Shown: positions 30,375-41,306, numbered from the stretch's first letter. The stretch is 64,000 bases of DNA from an uncultured Gemmatimonadaceae bacterium (GCA_963761305.1 CAVXGK010000002.1:3168001-3232000); one strand, 5' to 3'. Notes: a model not told the origin generated them from the sequence alone. Numbers and translations: made by a program.

Positions 30375-32019
30375 GTCCCTCCTCGCGGCGACGCTCGTCT
30401 CATGCATCGCCGGTTGTTCGCATGGCGCCTCGGCCCCGGCGCCGGTCACAACGGGCGCCGGCACGAGAGGCGCGCCGGGCGCGACTGGGGCGATCGCTCC
30501 GGCACTCGACGCGATCCGCGAGAGCGATCTGCGCCGAGACATGTTCGCTATGGCCGGCGACGCGATGCGTGGACGCGAAGCGGGCACGCTCGACGAGATG
30601 CGCGCGACAGGCTGGGTGGCCGAGCAGGCGCGGGCTGCAGGCCTCCAGCCGGCGGGGGACGACGGAACGTTCTTCCAGTGGTGGCCGATGCGTCGCACGC
30701 GGCTCAGCGAAGCGAGCCAGATCTCGCTCGGCGGAAAGCAGCTTCAACTCTGGCGCGACGTCGTCGCGTTGACGAATCAGCCGGTCACGGCCGATTTGCC
30801 GGTCGTGTTCGTCGCCGACACGTCGGCCCTGGAGCATACGGACGTGCGCGGCAAGGCGGTGGCGATGCCGGTCGCGTCGATTCCGACGCAGCCGCTCGAT
30901 CAGTTCACGATCCGCGGAAACTTCCAGGCGACGACGGCGGCAATGATCCGCCAGCGCGCGGCGCGCATCGCCCAAGCGGGCGGCGCGGCGGCGATTCTCA
31001 TCTCGGACGGATCGAGCGCGCTCGACGAGGCGTTCGCAGCGACGGCGACTGTGTCGTCACGCGGAACGTACGCGATTGATTCGACGGGAGGTCCCGCCGG
31101 GACGTTCGCGCGACCCGCCAATCAGAATGCCGGCGGCGGCGAGCGCGGAAATGGTCGCGGGGGAGCGGTCGGGGCGGGCGGCGGCGCTGGACGTGGAGGA
31201 CGGGGAAACGCGCCGGCGATCGCGACGCTGTGGGTACGACACGATGCTTTGGACGCGGCGCAGTCCCCGAACGCCAAGCTCGTGGCGAACGTCGTGAGCG
31301 AAACGTTCTACTACCCGTCGGGCAACGTGATCGGCATCGTCAAAGGCACCGATCCGCGTTTGGCGCACGAGTACGTGCTCTACAGCGGGCACCAGGACCA
31401 CGACGGTACGCGGTACGCGGTGAACGGCGATTCGATCTGGAACGGCGCGGACGACAACGCGAGCGTGAGCGTGGCGATGCTCGCCACGGCGCGCGCGTTC
31501 GTGGCGCATCCGGCGGCGCGTCCGATCCTCTTCGTGTGGCACGGCGCCGAAGAGCGCGGGCTGCTCGGCTCGCGCTGGTACGTGAATCACTCGACCGTGC
31601 CGCATTCGGAGATCGTGGCCGTGTTGAACGGCGACATGATCGGCCGCAACGATCCCGACAGCGCGGCGCTGCTCGGCGCCCAGCCGCCGCACCGCAATTC
31701 GATCGCGCTGGTGGACGCGGCGCTCCGCGCCAACACGGAGCTCACGCATTTCAAGCTCGACACGATCTGGGATCGTCCGACGCATCCCGAGGGATGGTAT
31801 TTCCGCAGCGATCACCTGCCGTACGCGCGCGCGGGAATTCCGGCGATCGAGTTCAGCACACTGCTGCATCCCGACTATCACACGCCGCGCGACGAGCCGT
31901 CGCGCATCGATTTCACGAAGCTCACGCGGATGACGCGGTGGATGTACGCGACAGGTTGGATCGTCGCGAACGCGGCGCAGCGGCCGGATGTGATTCCGGG
32001 GTTCAAGTTGGAGCGCTGA
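30367..32019 (+). CDS. M28 family metallopeptidase, lipoprotein
   Basis: Lipobox IAGC; GHQDH, GADDNASV, AEERGLLGS, NGDMIG, RSDH and DYH. Confidence 0.92.
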   Translation: MRKSLLAATLVSCIAGCSHGASAPAPVTTGAGTRGAPGATGAIAPALDAIRESDLRRDMFAMAGDAMRGREAGTLDEMRATGWVAEQARAAGLQPAGDDGTFFQWWPMRRTRLSEASQISLGGKQLQLWRDVVALTNQPVTADLPVVFVADTSALEHTDVRGKAVAMPVASIPTQPLDQFTIRGNFQATTAAMIRQRAARIAQAGGAAAILISDGSSALDEAFAATATVSSRGTYAIDSTGGPAGTFARPANQNAGGGERGNGRGGAVGAGGGAGRGGRGNAPAIATLWVRHDALDAAQSPNAKLVANVVSETFYYPSGNVIGIVKGTDPRLAHEYVLYSGHQDHDGTRYAVNGDSIWNGADDNASVSVAMLATARAFVAHPAARPILFVWHGAEERGLLGSRWYVNHSTVPHSEIVAVLNGDMIGRNDPDSAALLGAQPPHRNSIALVDAALRANTELTHFKLDTIWDRPTHPEGWYFRSDHLPYARAGIPAIEFSTLLHPDYHTPRDEPSRIDFTKLTRMTRWMYATGWIVANAAQRPDVIPGFKLER

Positions 32020-32041
32020 GAAGCCGCCTCCTCGTCGCGTA

Positions 32042-32524
32042 ATGGAGGGTGAACGACGCGTAGTGGACGGTGAACGACGTGTAATGGACGGTGAACGACG
32101 CGTAATGGACGGTGAACGACGCGTAATGGACGGTGAACGACGCGTAATGGACGGTGAACGACGCGTAATGGACGCTGAACGACGGGTAACGCATGCTGCA
32201 CCACGGGTAATGGGTGCTGCACGACGGGTGGTGGATGCTGAACGACGCGTACTGGACGGTGAACGACGCGTAGTGGACGGGGCGCGACGCGTAATTGATG
32301 CTGAGCGACAGGCAATGGCTGCTGAACGGCGCGTAATGGACGGTGAACGACGCGTATTGGACGGTGAACGACGGGCTATGGATGCTGAACGGCGCGTAAT
32401 GGCCGGTGAAAGACGCGTAGTGGGCGCTGAGCGACGCGTAAAGGTCGGTGACGGGCGTGTGGTGGGCGTTGAACGCTGTGTAATGGCCCGTGAACGACGC
32501 GTAATGGACGCTGAACCCTGCGAG
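32042..32524. repeat. 21-bp tandem repeat, ~23 copies, consensus ATGGACGGTGAACGACGCGTA
   Basis: Read directly; no indels break the 21-nt register. Confidence 0.95.
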
Positions 32525-32601
32525 GCGTTCAGTGGATCGCCGGAATCGAATGCGCGCTGTCCGACGTCGAGTGTGCACTCACGAAGTGCAAAGCGTTCAC
32601 C

Positions 32602-32639
32602 AAAAACAGAGGGGCGCCGAGATTCGGCGCCCCTCTTTC
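32602..32639. terminator. Bidirectional intrinsic terminator
   Basis: AAAAAC-AGAGGGGCGCCGA-GAT-TCGGCGCCCCTCT-TT. Confidence 0.8.
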
Positions 32640-32675
32640 ATGCTCTGCCGTCGCGGATGCGACGGGCAGGCTTGG

Positions 32676-35600
32676 TTAGAACGAGTACTTGACCTGCAGT
32701 TGGAGCTGGTAGTTCGACGACGTGTTCTGGGTGTTGAACTGATTCACCGAGTTGTAGATGAAGACCGGTTGAGCGCTGCCTGCGCCGCAGGTGATCGACG
32801 TACCGCACGAACCCGCGACGTACGACCGGCGGGTGAGCAGCGACGGGCTGTTCGTGCTGCCGAAGTCGCGCGAGCCCCAGTTCTTGTCGAGCAGGTTGAG
32901 GAAGTTGAAGATGTCGAGCTGCAGGATGAGGCCGTGGCCTTGCAGCTGAGGGCAGCGTCTGGCGCGCCGAGAGGTTGACGACCTTGTCCCACGGCGAGCG
33001 GCAGGAGTTGCGCTGCATGATCGTGCCGCGCTGCGAGTTCAAGCAGGAATGCCCGTTGATGAAGGTCTCGAGCGAATCGGCCTGCATCGCGCGGCGTGAG
33101 GTTGCCGTTCTGCGTGAATCGGATCTGCGTCGTGTCGTGCGCGTTCTTCGGCACGTAGATGAGATCGTTCGACGTGAAGTTGTCACCGTTCATGTCGCTG
33201 CCGTACACGTACTCGTACGGCACGCCGGATTCGCCGATCCAGGTGAGCGATACGCCCGTCTTGGTGGGGAGCGTGTACTCGCCGCTCACGACGAAGCGAT
33301 TCGGCGCGTCCCACTTGGACGGATACAGATCCTGGGCGTCCTGCCGGCCGGAGTAGGAACGGCCGAACTGCCAGTTGGACTGCGCGACCGACGACGTGAC
33401 GTCCCAGACGTCGTAGGACCGGCCGTAGGTGTAGGCGACCTGGCCCTCGAAGTTGCTCGAAAAGCGCTTCACGATCTGCTCGGTGATGCTGTACGAGTAG
33501 TCGTGCGTCTTCGTGTTTGAAATTTCAAACACGTCGCCGAGGGTCGGGGCGGGCCGGTTCTTCGGCACCGGATTTCCGGTGAGCGTCGTGATGTCGCCGT
33601 ACATCTGGCGGCCGTTGACGTCGGTGCCGACCGGGTTTGCCGACAGGTTGATGTCCTGATAGTAGAAGTTGTAGACGCCGCGCGTATACATCCCCTCGAT
33701 CGTGCCGATCATGTTCCACGGCAGGCGGCGGTCGTAGCCGAGTGAGCTACGCCACGTCTCGGGGAAGTGGAGATTCGGAGTCGACCGTGTTGAGCGTGAC
33801 CGGCGGCGCGGCGGTGCCGGTGGCGCCCTTGCAGTTGCCAGGGAGCGGGGCGCCGGCGACCTGCATCGCCGGCGCGGTGCTCATGTTGTTGCACGAAAGA
33901 CTGGCGAACCCGTTGACGCCCGAGTTGCCGAACAGGTTGCTGAGCCAGACGTACGCCGGATTGCCGGTGAACTCGCCGGTGCCGCCGCGAATCTGGTTAA
34001 CCTGGTCGCCGGTGACGTCCCAGTTGAAACCGACCCGCGGTGCGAACTGTGGGATGTTGGTCGGGACGTTTGTCGTGTTCCTCGCGAGCGGGCTGTTCAG
34101 GAGGTTGGTGTTGAGGCCCGGCTTCGACGTCAGCCCGACGAGATCCAGCCGAACCCCGCCGACGATGCTGAGGTTCGTCGCCGCCTGCCATTCGTCCTCG
34201 CCGTAGAAGGCGAGCGAGCGTGCCGTGAAGTGCGCGGCGCCGTCGCTGTTGTCGAGCTTGAGGCCCAGCGTCGCGGCGCTCGGTGTGTCGTTGATCAGCG
34301 AGTCGAGCGTGCCGAAGGTGAAGTTGCCGAGCGAGTTCTGGGAGAACAGGTTGCGAACCGTGTACCACTTGTTCTGGGTGCCGACCGTGAACCGATGGTT
34401 CTGCCACGGAATCGTGTAGTTGTCGGTGAACTCCTTGATGGCCTGATTCAACTCGTTGCCCTGCGACGAGTTTTCCGTGCCGGCCGACAGCTGGCCGGTG
34501 CCGGCCTGCTGGCTCAGGACGCGCGAGATGACGACGAACGGCGCCTGGATCGGCGTCTGGCGGACGTCGTTGATCTTGGTGTAGCCGACCGTCAGCTCGT
34601 TCGAGTTGCCATTCGAGAAGTTTGAAAACAGCTGTGCGGTGCCGGCGTTCGTGTTGTCGTTGATCGTATAGCCGTTGTTCGACAACGCCAGGCGCGTCGC
34701 GCTGCGCTGGTTGGACACGCCCTGATTGGCGCCGGCGAAGTTGTAGCGGGCGACCAGGCGGCTGTTCGCCGGCAGGTTGATCAGGTCGAACCGGGCAAAC
34801 ACGTTGGTCAGCGGATTCTTGTTGGTGATGAGATCGCCGTTGCCGGGATTCGCAATGCCGTACTTCGACTGGAGAATGTTGACGAAGCTGTCCACCGCGG
34901 CCTGCGTGGCCGGCGGCTTGGGCGTATTCCCCGCCGGCTGGGTGAGGTAGGGGGCCGTTGACGGCTGGGTTTGCTGCTGGAATTCCGGCGCGATCGAGAA
35001 GAGCAGCTTGTCCTTCACGATCGGGCCGCCGAACCAGAAGCCTTCCTGCGCCTGGCTGAACGGCGCGTTCCGGATGAAGGGGACGTCGCGCGCGAAGTCC
35101 TGATTGCGGAACGAGTAGGTGCCCGTGCTGTGGAAGTCGTTCGAGCCGCTCTTCGTCACCGCGTTCACGAGGAACCCGGTGAAGTTGCCCTCGCGGATGT
35201 CGAACGGCGAAAGAAGGATCTGATACTCCTTCACCGCCTCGAGGGACACCTGCTTGGCGCTGGCGAGACCGCCCGGCTGCAGCGTCGAGCTCAGACCGAA
35301 CAAGTCGTTCGCGACGGCGCCGTCGATCTGAATCGCGTTGAAGCGATTATTCTGACCGCCGCCCGAAAGGCCAGGGCCCTTCGTCGAGACTTGCGGCGAG
35401 AGCGCGACGAAGTCCGTGAAGCTGCGGTTGAGGGTTGGGAGCCGCGCGATCGCCGAGTCGGTGATCGTCGTCTCGACGCCGGTGTGTGAGGCCGAGAAGA
35501 CGGCGCCCGACGTGGTGGCGACGACGTTCACCGTTTCGAGCGTGGCGACGGCCGCCTTGAGCGAGACGTCGACGCGCTGGTTCTCGCCGAGCGAGACGAT

Positions 35601-35898
35601 ACAGGTTGTTCGAGTCACGCTGCGCGAATCCGATGCGGCGCACCGAAAGGGTGTACGGACCGCCCGTCTCGAGCCCAGAGATGTAGAAGCGGCCTGCCTC
35701 GTTCGTGAGCGTACCCGCTCGCGCGCCGGTGCTGCGATTGATCGCCTGCACCTGCACACTCGGCATGGCGCCGCCTTGCTCGTTCGTTATCGTCCCGCTA
35801 AATGCTCCGGTCGATACGCTTTGCGCGCGCGACGGAGCCGCAGCTGCTAAGAACGCCGCGACCAGCGCAGCGCCGTGGACAACACGCAGCCTCTTCAT
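32676..35898 (-). pseudogene. TonB-dependent receptor (Oar/SusC-like, N-terminal carboxypeptidase-regulatory-like domain), ~1072 aa once four +1 frameshifts are removed
   Basis: Signal peptide MKRLRVVHGAA; LPTLNRSFTDF, NAVTKSGSN and APRVGFNWD; C-terminal LQVKYSF; frame breaks at ~35600, 33779, 33091 and 32949, probably assembly errors. Confidence 0.85.
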
Positions 35899-36348
35899 AA
35901 ATGCGCTTCCCTCGTGGAAGTGGAATTGAGATGTCGGTGGTCGACATCGCCCTTGTCCCAGCGCGCTCCGACCGCGGAGCAACGTGGGGCCTGCTGACTT
36001 ATGCGGATTGCATCTGCTTTGGTCGCACCGGTTGGTAACGATCCCGTCACCTGAGGTGGGTTCCTGCGCGACCGAACGCAAACACCTGGGCGGATGAGCC
36101 GAGCCAATGTATTCGCGGTACAGAGGCTTGGCGAGGTGGGCATCCGGGGTGCGAGCGTCGCGTGGATAACCGCCGACCTGCGAGCGGACGTCACAGGAAA
36201 AACGTCGAGACGGCGTCACGGAATTGCGTCGGAGCGGTCGCGGTGTGTTGGAACGCTTGCGCAATCGGCCACCGGGCTCGCGTGGCGAGTGTATCCACTG
36301 CCGCGGCGCGTCCGAATGCGCCAATGGCCGCATTCGCGGCGCGGCGCG

Positions 36349-36378
36349 TTGACTAACCCTTAATAACTCGAATAAATT
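36349..36378 (+). promoter_or_regulatory. Sigma70-type promoter of tRNA-Phe
   Basis: TTGACT-18 nt-TAAATT in an AT-rich patch 11 nt before the tRNA. Confidence 0.6.
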
Positions 36379-36389
36379 GAATGGCTTGA

Positions 36390-36462
<73 letters not shown>

Positions 36463-36478
36463 TTCCCTCGACACCCAA

Positions 36479-36511
36479 CGAAAACGGCCGCCCAATCGGG
36501 CGGCCGTTTCG
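36479..36511. terminator. Bidirectional terminator
   Basis: AAAACGGCCGCCC-AATC-GGGCGGCCGTTT. Confidence 0.8.
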
Positions 36512-36529
36512 CATTTCCGAACTCGCCGG

Positions 36530-38443
36530 CTACGGAGTGATCGTCCCCGGTCGGCTGGCAAACATGTAGCTCGCCCCTTCCGTGAACGGAGGTTGCGTTA
36601 TACCCACGCTTCCCGGGAACCCGATCGACTGGAGTGTCCAGCTGACAGACGTTCCGACCTTCGGACCCCAGTTCACGTCGAATCCTGACACACCGGAGAG
36701 ATCCGGCAGGTCGAGGTTCAGCGACGACGCGCTCGAGTAGCCGGCCGTCTGTTGAATGGTGAAGCTGCGTGGCACAGCGCCGGTCTGCGATCCGTTGAAC
36801 GAGAAGTCCTTGTTGTACTCCGGTTGCACGGTGATCGCGGCGCGCAACCGCGCATACCCTGTCGCGGTGAGCGTCGACACGGTCGGCGTGTTGAGCACCG
36901 GGCCGAGCGCAAAGGTCTTGTCCACCGCATCGTGGAACGCGAACAACGCTTCGCGCTGCGGCGTCGAACCGGTCAAGCTGGGCAAGCCGACGATGGCCAG
37001 GATGTGCAGGTCGCCCGCAGCCTGGTTCGCCGACGGCACTCCCGGATACGTGCGCGTCGAACCGCCGCCCGAGAAGTCCGTGAAGTAGGATGCGAACGTG
37101 TTGTTGGTCGTGAAGTAGAGGCCGAGGACCGCCGACACGTCGGTACCGAGGTTGTTGATCGTCAGGTTCTTCGTCACCGGCGTGAACGCTTCGGTCGCAC
37201 CGAAATCGACCGTCGCCAACGCGCCGCCGGCGGCCGGATTGAGATTTCGCCGGATGATCATCTTCGCCAGGTTGAACGACACGCCCACCTGGTTGATCGT
37301 CAGCGTCGTGCGGCCGGCGATCAAGTCGACGTTTCCGTTCGGCACGTTCGAGAAGGTCAGCGTCGAACCGGCGAACGAGCCGCTCGACGGGCCGAGACTC
37401 GCGAGGACGAGGTCGCCAGTGCTGGTGCCGGCGACGGGAGCGGTCACCGTCTTTCCCGCCCCGGATGCGCCGCCGCACACCTCGTTCGCGCGCCCCTGGA
37501 GATCGGCCTTCGATCCATAGAAGACCTCGAGATCAAAGCCGGTGGAAGTCTGGTCTACGTATGCGACGCCGCCGACCGCCTGCGTGATGTTGAACGTGTA
37601 CGAGTCGTTCGTGCCGGTCACGTGGGTCCACGCGCCGCTCGTCCCGTCCTGGAACGCGACCCAGATGGGAATGCCGAGCGTCCCGCAGAACTGCCAGGTG
37701 ACGTTGCCGGACGACGTCTGCGCCGTGATGGTGGGCTGCACGGTCACGGTCTGGTCGGCGAGTCCGGTGACCGTTCCCTTGACGGTCAGCGTTTGCGCGC
37801 CGACGGTCGCTGTGGCCGATGCGGAAAGCGTCAGCGTGTCGCTCGTGCCGGTGGTGCTGGCCGACGTCAACGCCGCGGTGAGTCCGTTCGCCGCACCGGT
37901 GACGGAGAGCGCAACCGCTCCGGTAAAGCCGCCGCTGCGGGTGATGGTGACGACGACCGTCGATGTCCCGCCCTGCGCGAACGACGGTGCCGACGGATTC
38001 GCCGTGAGCGTGTAGCTCCCCGACACCGGCAGCGCGGTCACGGTCAGCGCGAGCGTCGCCGATGCGGCCGTGACGCCGCTGCCCGAGGCGTTGACGGCGA
38101 CCGACGCATTTCCCGGTGCGGCGGTCGCCGCGACGGCGAAGCTCAGCGTCGCCGATGTCGACCCGGCCGCAATCGTTGCCGCCGACACGGTGACGCCGGT
38201 CGGCAACCCTGTCACCGCCAGCGCGACGTCGCCGGTGAATCCGCCGGTGCGCGTGAGGTTGACGGTCACGTTGCCCGCCTGGCCCTGCACAACCGACAGC
38301 GTTGATGAGGAAAGTGCGATCGCGATCGCCGGTGTCGGCGTCGTCGTTCCCCCGTTGTCTCCTCCACTGCCACCGCATCCCGCCAACAGTACCGCGCCCA
38401 AAACTGCGGTCGCAACGGACCGCCGCGATCGAGCACACGCCAT
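36530..38443 (-). CDS. Thr/Gly-rich surface lipoprotein with tandem Ig-like repeats
   Basis: Lipobox LLAGC; two repeats V..TRxGGFTGxVALxVTG; start at MACARS. Confidence 0.75.
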   Translation of the reverse strand: MACARSRRSVATAVLGAVLLAGCGGSGGDNGGTTTPTPAIAIALSSSTLSVVQGQAGNVTVNLTRTGGFTGDVALAVTGLPTGVTVSAATIAAGSTSATLSFAVAATAAPGNASVAVNASGSGVTAASATLALTVTALPVSGSYTLTANPSAPSFAQGGTSTVVVTITRSGGFTGAVALSVTGAANGLTAALTSASTTGTSDTLTLSASATATVGAQTLTVKGTVTGLADQTVTVQPTITAQTSSGNVTWQFCGTLGIPIWVAFQDGTSGAWTHVTGTNDSYTFNITQAVGGVAYVDQTSTGFDLEVFYGSKADLQGRANEVCGGASGAGKTVTAPVAGTSTGDLVLASLGPSSGSFAGSTLTFSNVPNGNVDLIAGRTTLTINQVGVSFNLAKMIIRRNLNPAAGGALATVDFGATEAFTPVTKNLTINNLGTDVSAVLGLYFTTNNTFASYFTDFSGGGSTRTYPGVPSANQAAGDLHILAIVGLPSLTGSTPQREALFAFHDAVDKTFALGPVLNTPTVSTLTATGYARLRAAITVQPEYNKDFSFNGSQTGAVPRSFTIQQTAGYSSASSLNLDLPDLSGVSGFDVNWGPKVGTSVSWTLQSIGFPGSVGITQPPFTEGASYMFASRPGTITP

Positions 38444-38478
38444 GGCCGCTTCCTCGAGATCGTGTGTTGTGTGGTGAA

Positions 38479-39540
38479 CTACTGGTATTGGATGTACAGC
38501 GGTTTGGGGTTCAGCGCCAAGACGTCCGCCGGCGTCATGAGAATGCTGCCCGGCTTTTTCGTATCGTTGTGGTAGAAAAGCTTGAACCCCGTGTATTCCA
38601 CCGGATACGAATAGACATACGCCCGGTACGACTCGCGCTTGAGCGCCTCCGGCCCCCAGCCGTCCATGTTGATCACGATCTGCACGCGTGGATCGAGCGT
38701 GATGCGCTTGTACCCAGTGAGCATGTCGCGCGTGAATCGATGGACGATGAGGATCTTCGGCGGCAGGTGGAGCCGCGTCACCAGATCCTGCAATAGCGAG
38801 GCCGCGTAGTTGACGTCGGTCGCGTCGAAGGTGCCGATGCGCGTGCCCGGGACGTCGTGGTGCTTCATGGAGAATTCGGGGTCGATCGCCAGATGGACGT
38901 CGGGACGGGAGAGGAACGGGGTCAGTCGCGGCAACTCCTCCTGGAGCGTCCCTTGTCCCACCTGCACGTCGAGGAACATGATCGCGTTCTTCGACTTGGC
39001 CCACCCGTAGACCTTCTCGATCAACGCGCTATCCATGCGCGTGCGGTACTTGCCGGCCGTCCCGGGGTCGCCCTGCGCCACGACGACGACCATATGGAGC
39101 GCGGGCTGCACCGGGTGACTCGGATCGGCCGCGTTCCACGCCGCCACCTCGTGATCGAGCTTGTCGAGCATCTGGGGCGTCGGCAGCTCACCGAGGACAC
39201 CCATTCGCTTGGAGAGCGGATTTCCGTAGAAGGCGACGATGCGCTTGGCGGGGAGGATGGAGCCCGGAAGCGGGTCGGGCGTATCGACGGGCCATTTCGG
39301 CGGCTGGGGCGCCGGCTTGGGTGCGGGCTTAGTGGGCGCTGTTGGCGTGGCGGCCGGGTTGGCTGCCGCGGGGGTGTGCTTAGTGACCGGCGGCGGGCGG
39401 CGCCCGCGAGACGAGTCGGAGCTCTGCGCCAACGCGGCCATCGTCACAGTGCACGAAAGGCCAAGGACCCACGCCAGCGTTCTGACGGCGGTTCTGCTGC
39501 GTGGGGGGGACGCGTGGCGGACAGATCGACTCGGCTTCAT
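38479..39540 (-). CDS. Secreted conserved hypothetical protein
   Basis: Signal peptide, Pro-rich linker, globular domain RIVAFYGNP...LAIDPEF...MDGWG...GFKLFY. Confidence 0.75.
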   Translation of the reverse strand: MKPSRSVRHASPPRSRTAVRTLAWVLGLSCTVTMAALAQSSDSSRGRRPPPVTKHTPAAANPAATPTAPTKPAPKPAPQPPKWPVDTPDPLPGSILPAKRIVAFYGNPLSKRMGVLGELPTPQMLDKLDHEVAAWNAADPSHPVQPALHMVVVVAQGDPGTAGKYRTRMDSALIEKVYGWAKSKNAIMFLDVQVGQGTLQEELPRLTPFLSRPDVHLAIDPEFSMKHHDVPGTRIGTFDATDVNYAASLLQDLVTRLHLPPKILIVHRFTRDMLTGYKRITLDPRVQIVINMDGWGPEALKRESYRAYVYSYPVEYTGFKLFYHNDTKKPGSILMTPADVLALNPKPLYIQYQ

Positions 39541-39654
39541 TCGGATGGGCGGGAGTACACGGGATACCGAGACATGGAATGTAGATCAGAAAAGGAGTAA
39601 GCTCTGCGGCTCGTTGGCCAGCGCAGCTCGCCCCTTACCCCCGCCTGCGACCCC

Positions 39655-41280
39655 ATGCCCTGGCTCCAGAACTACGACCCGCTCCACGGTCCACTATCGA
39701 CCATTGCGGCAGCCGTGCCGCTCCTCGTGCTGCTCGGGCTCTTGTCGTCGCGGAGAATTCCCGCGTACGTCGCCGCGCTCGCGGGTCTGGGTGCCGCGCT
39801 TGCGGTCGCCATCGGCGTCATCGGCATGCCGGTGCCGCTCGCCGCGCGCGCGTCGCTGTTCGGCGCGGCCTACGGCATGCTACCGATCGGATGGATCGTG
39901 CTGAACGTGATCTTTTTGTATCGGATTGCGGAAGAGCGGGGCTCGTTCATCACGCTGCAGCGCGCGATTGCCGAAATCACCAGCGATCGCCGGCTTCAGC
40001 TTTTGCTCATCGCGTTCGCGTTCGGCGCGTTCTTCGAGGGCGCGGCGGGATTCGGCACTCCCGTCGCCGTGACGGGCGCGATGCTCATCGGTCTCGGGTT
40101 TCCGCCGTTGGAAGCGTCGGCGCTGTCGCTCATCGCCAACACCGCGCCGGTCGCATTCGGCGCGCTCGGGACGCCCATCATCGCGCTACAGGGCGTGACG
40201 GGGCTCGATCTCGGTTCGCTGAGCGCGATGGTCGGACGCCAGTTGCCGTTCTTCTCACTCATCGTGCCGTTCTGGTTGATCGCGGCCTACGCCGGCTTCC
40301 GCGGAATGCTCGAGGTGTGGCCGGCGCTGCTCGTCGCGGGTGTGGCGTTCGCCGTGCCGCAGTTTCTCGTGTCCAACTTCCATGGACCGTGGCTGGTCGA
40401 CATCGTCGCCTCGGCGTGCTCGATGCTCGCGCTGGCGGTGTTTCTCCGTTTTTGGCGCGGCGGGCGTTTCGAGCGACCGGACCATGCGGCGCCTGTCGTC
40501 GACGCCGAGCGGGAGCGAACCGCGCCATCGCTGGGCGTCGCGCTTCTCCCGTGGATCGTGCTGGTGGTCGTCGTGTTCGCGTGGGGAACGCCGCAGGTTA
40601 AGACTCTTCTCAATCACATTTCGTCGCCGAACATTCCGATCGGCGGCCTGGACAAGATGGTCGCGCGCGTACCGCCGGTCGTGCCGAAGACGACTGCCGA
40701 AGCCGCGGTGTTCTCGTTCAACTGGCTGTCGGCGACAGGCACGGCGATTCTCCTCGCGGCCATCGTCGCCGGCATCGCGCTGCGCTACTCGGCGGCCGAT
40801 CTCGTGCGCCGTTATGTGACGACGCTTCGCGTTGTGTGGCGGTCGCTGCTCACGATCATGGCGATGCTGGCCCTCGGCTACACGGCGCGGTATTCCGGAC
40901 AAGACGCGATTCTCGGGCTCGCGTTCGCGCACACCGGCGCGGCGTATCCGTTCTTCGCGGCGATGCTCGGGTGGCTCGGCGTCGCGCTCACGGGGAGCGA
41001 TACGTCGTCGAACGTGTTGTTCGGCAGCTTACAGAAGATCACGGCGACGCGACTGTCACTCGATCCTGTCCTGATGGCCGCGGCGAACAGCTCGGGCGGC
41101 GTCATGGGCAAGATGATCGATGCCCAAAGCATCGTCGTGGCGAGCACGGCCACGGGCTGGACCGGCCACGAGTGGCGGATTCTCCGGTTCGTGTTCTTCC
41201 ACAGCCTGGCGCTGGCGTCGCTGGTGGGGCTGCTGGTAGTGCTCCAGCAGTATGTGTTTACGGGGATGCTGGTCAGGTAG
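39655..41280 (+). CDS. lctP: L-lactate permease
   Basis: FFEGAAGFGTP, ANTAPVAFG, LTGSDTSSNVLFG and GGVMGKMI. Confidence 0.93.
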   Translation: MPWLQNYDPLHGPLSTIAAAVPLLVLLGLLSSRRIPAYVAALAGLGAALAVAIGVIGMPVPLAARASLFGAAYGMLPIGWIVLNVIFLYRIAEERGSFITLQRAIAEITSDRRLQLLLIAFAFGAFFEGAAGFGTPVAVTGAMLIGLGFPPLEASALSLIANTAPVAFGALGTPIIALQGVTGLDLGSLSAMVGRQLPFFSLIVPFWLIAAYAGFRGMLEVWPALLVAGVAFAVPQFLVSNFHGPWLVDIVASACSMLALAVFLRFWRGGRFERPDHAAPVVDAERERTAPSLGVALLPWIVLVVVVFAWGTPQVKTLLNHISSPNIPIGGLDKMVARVPPVVPKTTAEAAVFSFNWLSATGTAILLAAIVAGIALRYSAADLVRRYVTTLRVVWRSLLTIMAMLALGYTARYSGQDAILGLAFAHTGAAYPFFAAMLGWLGVALTGSDTSSNVLFGSLQKITATRLSLDPVLMAAANSSGGVMGKMIDAQSIVVASTATGWTGHEWRILRFVFFHSLALASLVGLLVVLQQYVFTGMLVR

Positions 41281-41282
41281 GC

Positions 41283-41306
41283 GGGTGGACGGGTGGACGG
41301 GTGGAC
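41283..41306 (+). repeat. 8-bp tandem repeat GGGTGGAC x3
   Basis: Read directly, 2 nt after the lctP stop. Confidence 0.8.

Noticed and set aside
32042..32524. CRISPR array
   Set aside because: Contiguous units without unique spacers; no cas genes nearby
36161..36299. DnaA-box-like CGTGGATAA and GTATCCACT
   Set aside because: Only two imperfect, widely spaced matches; consistent with chance
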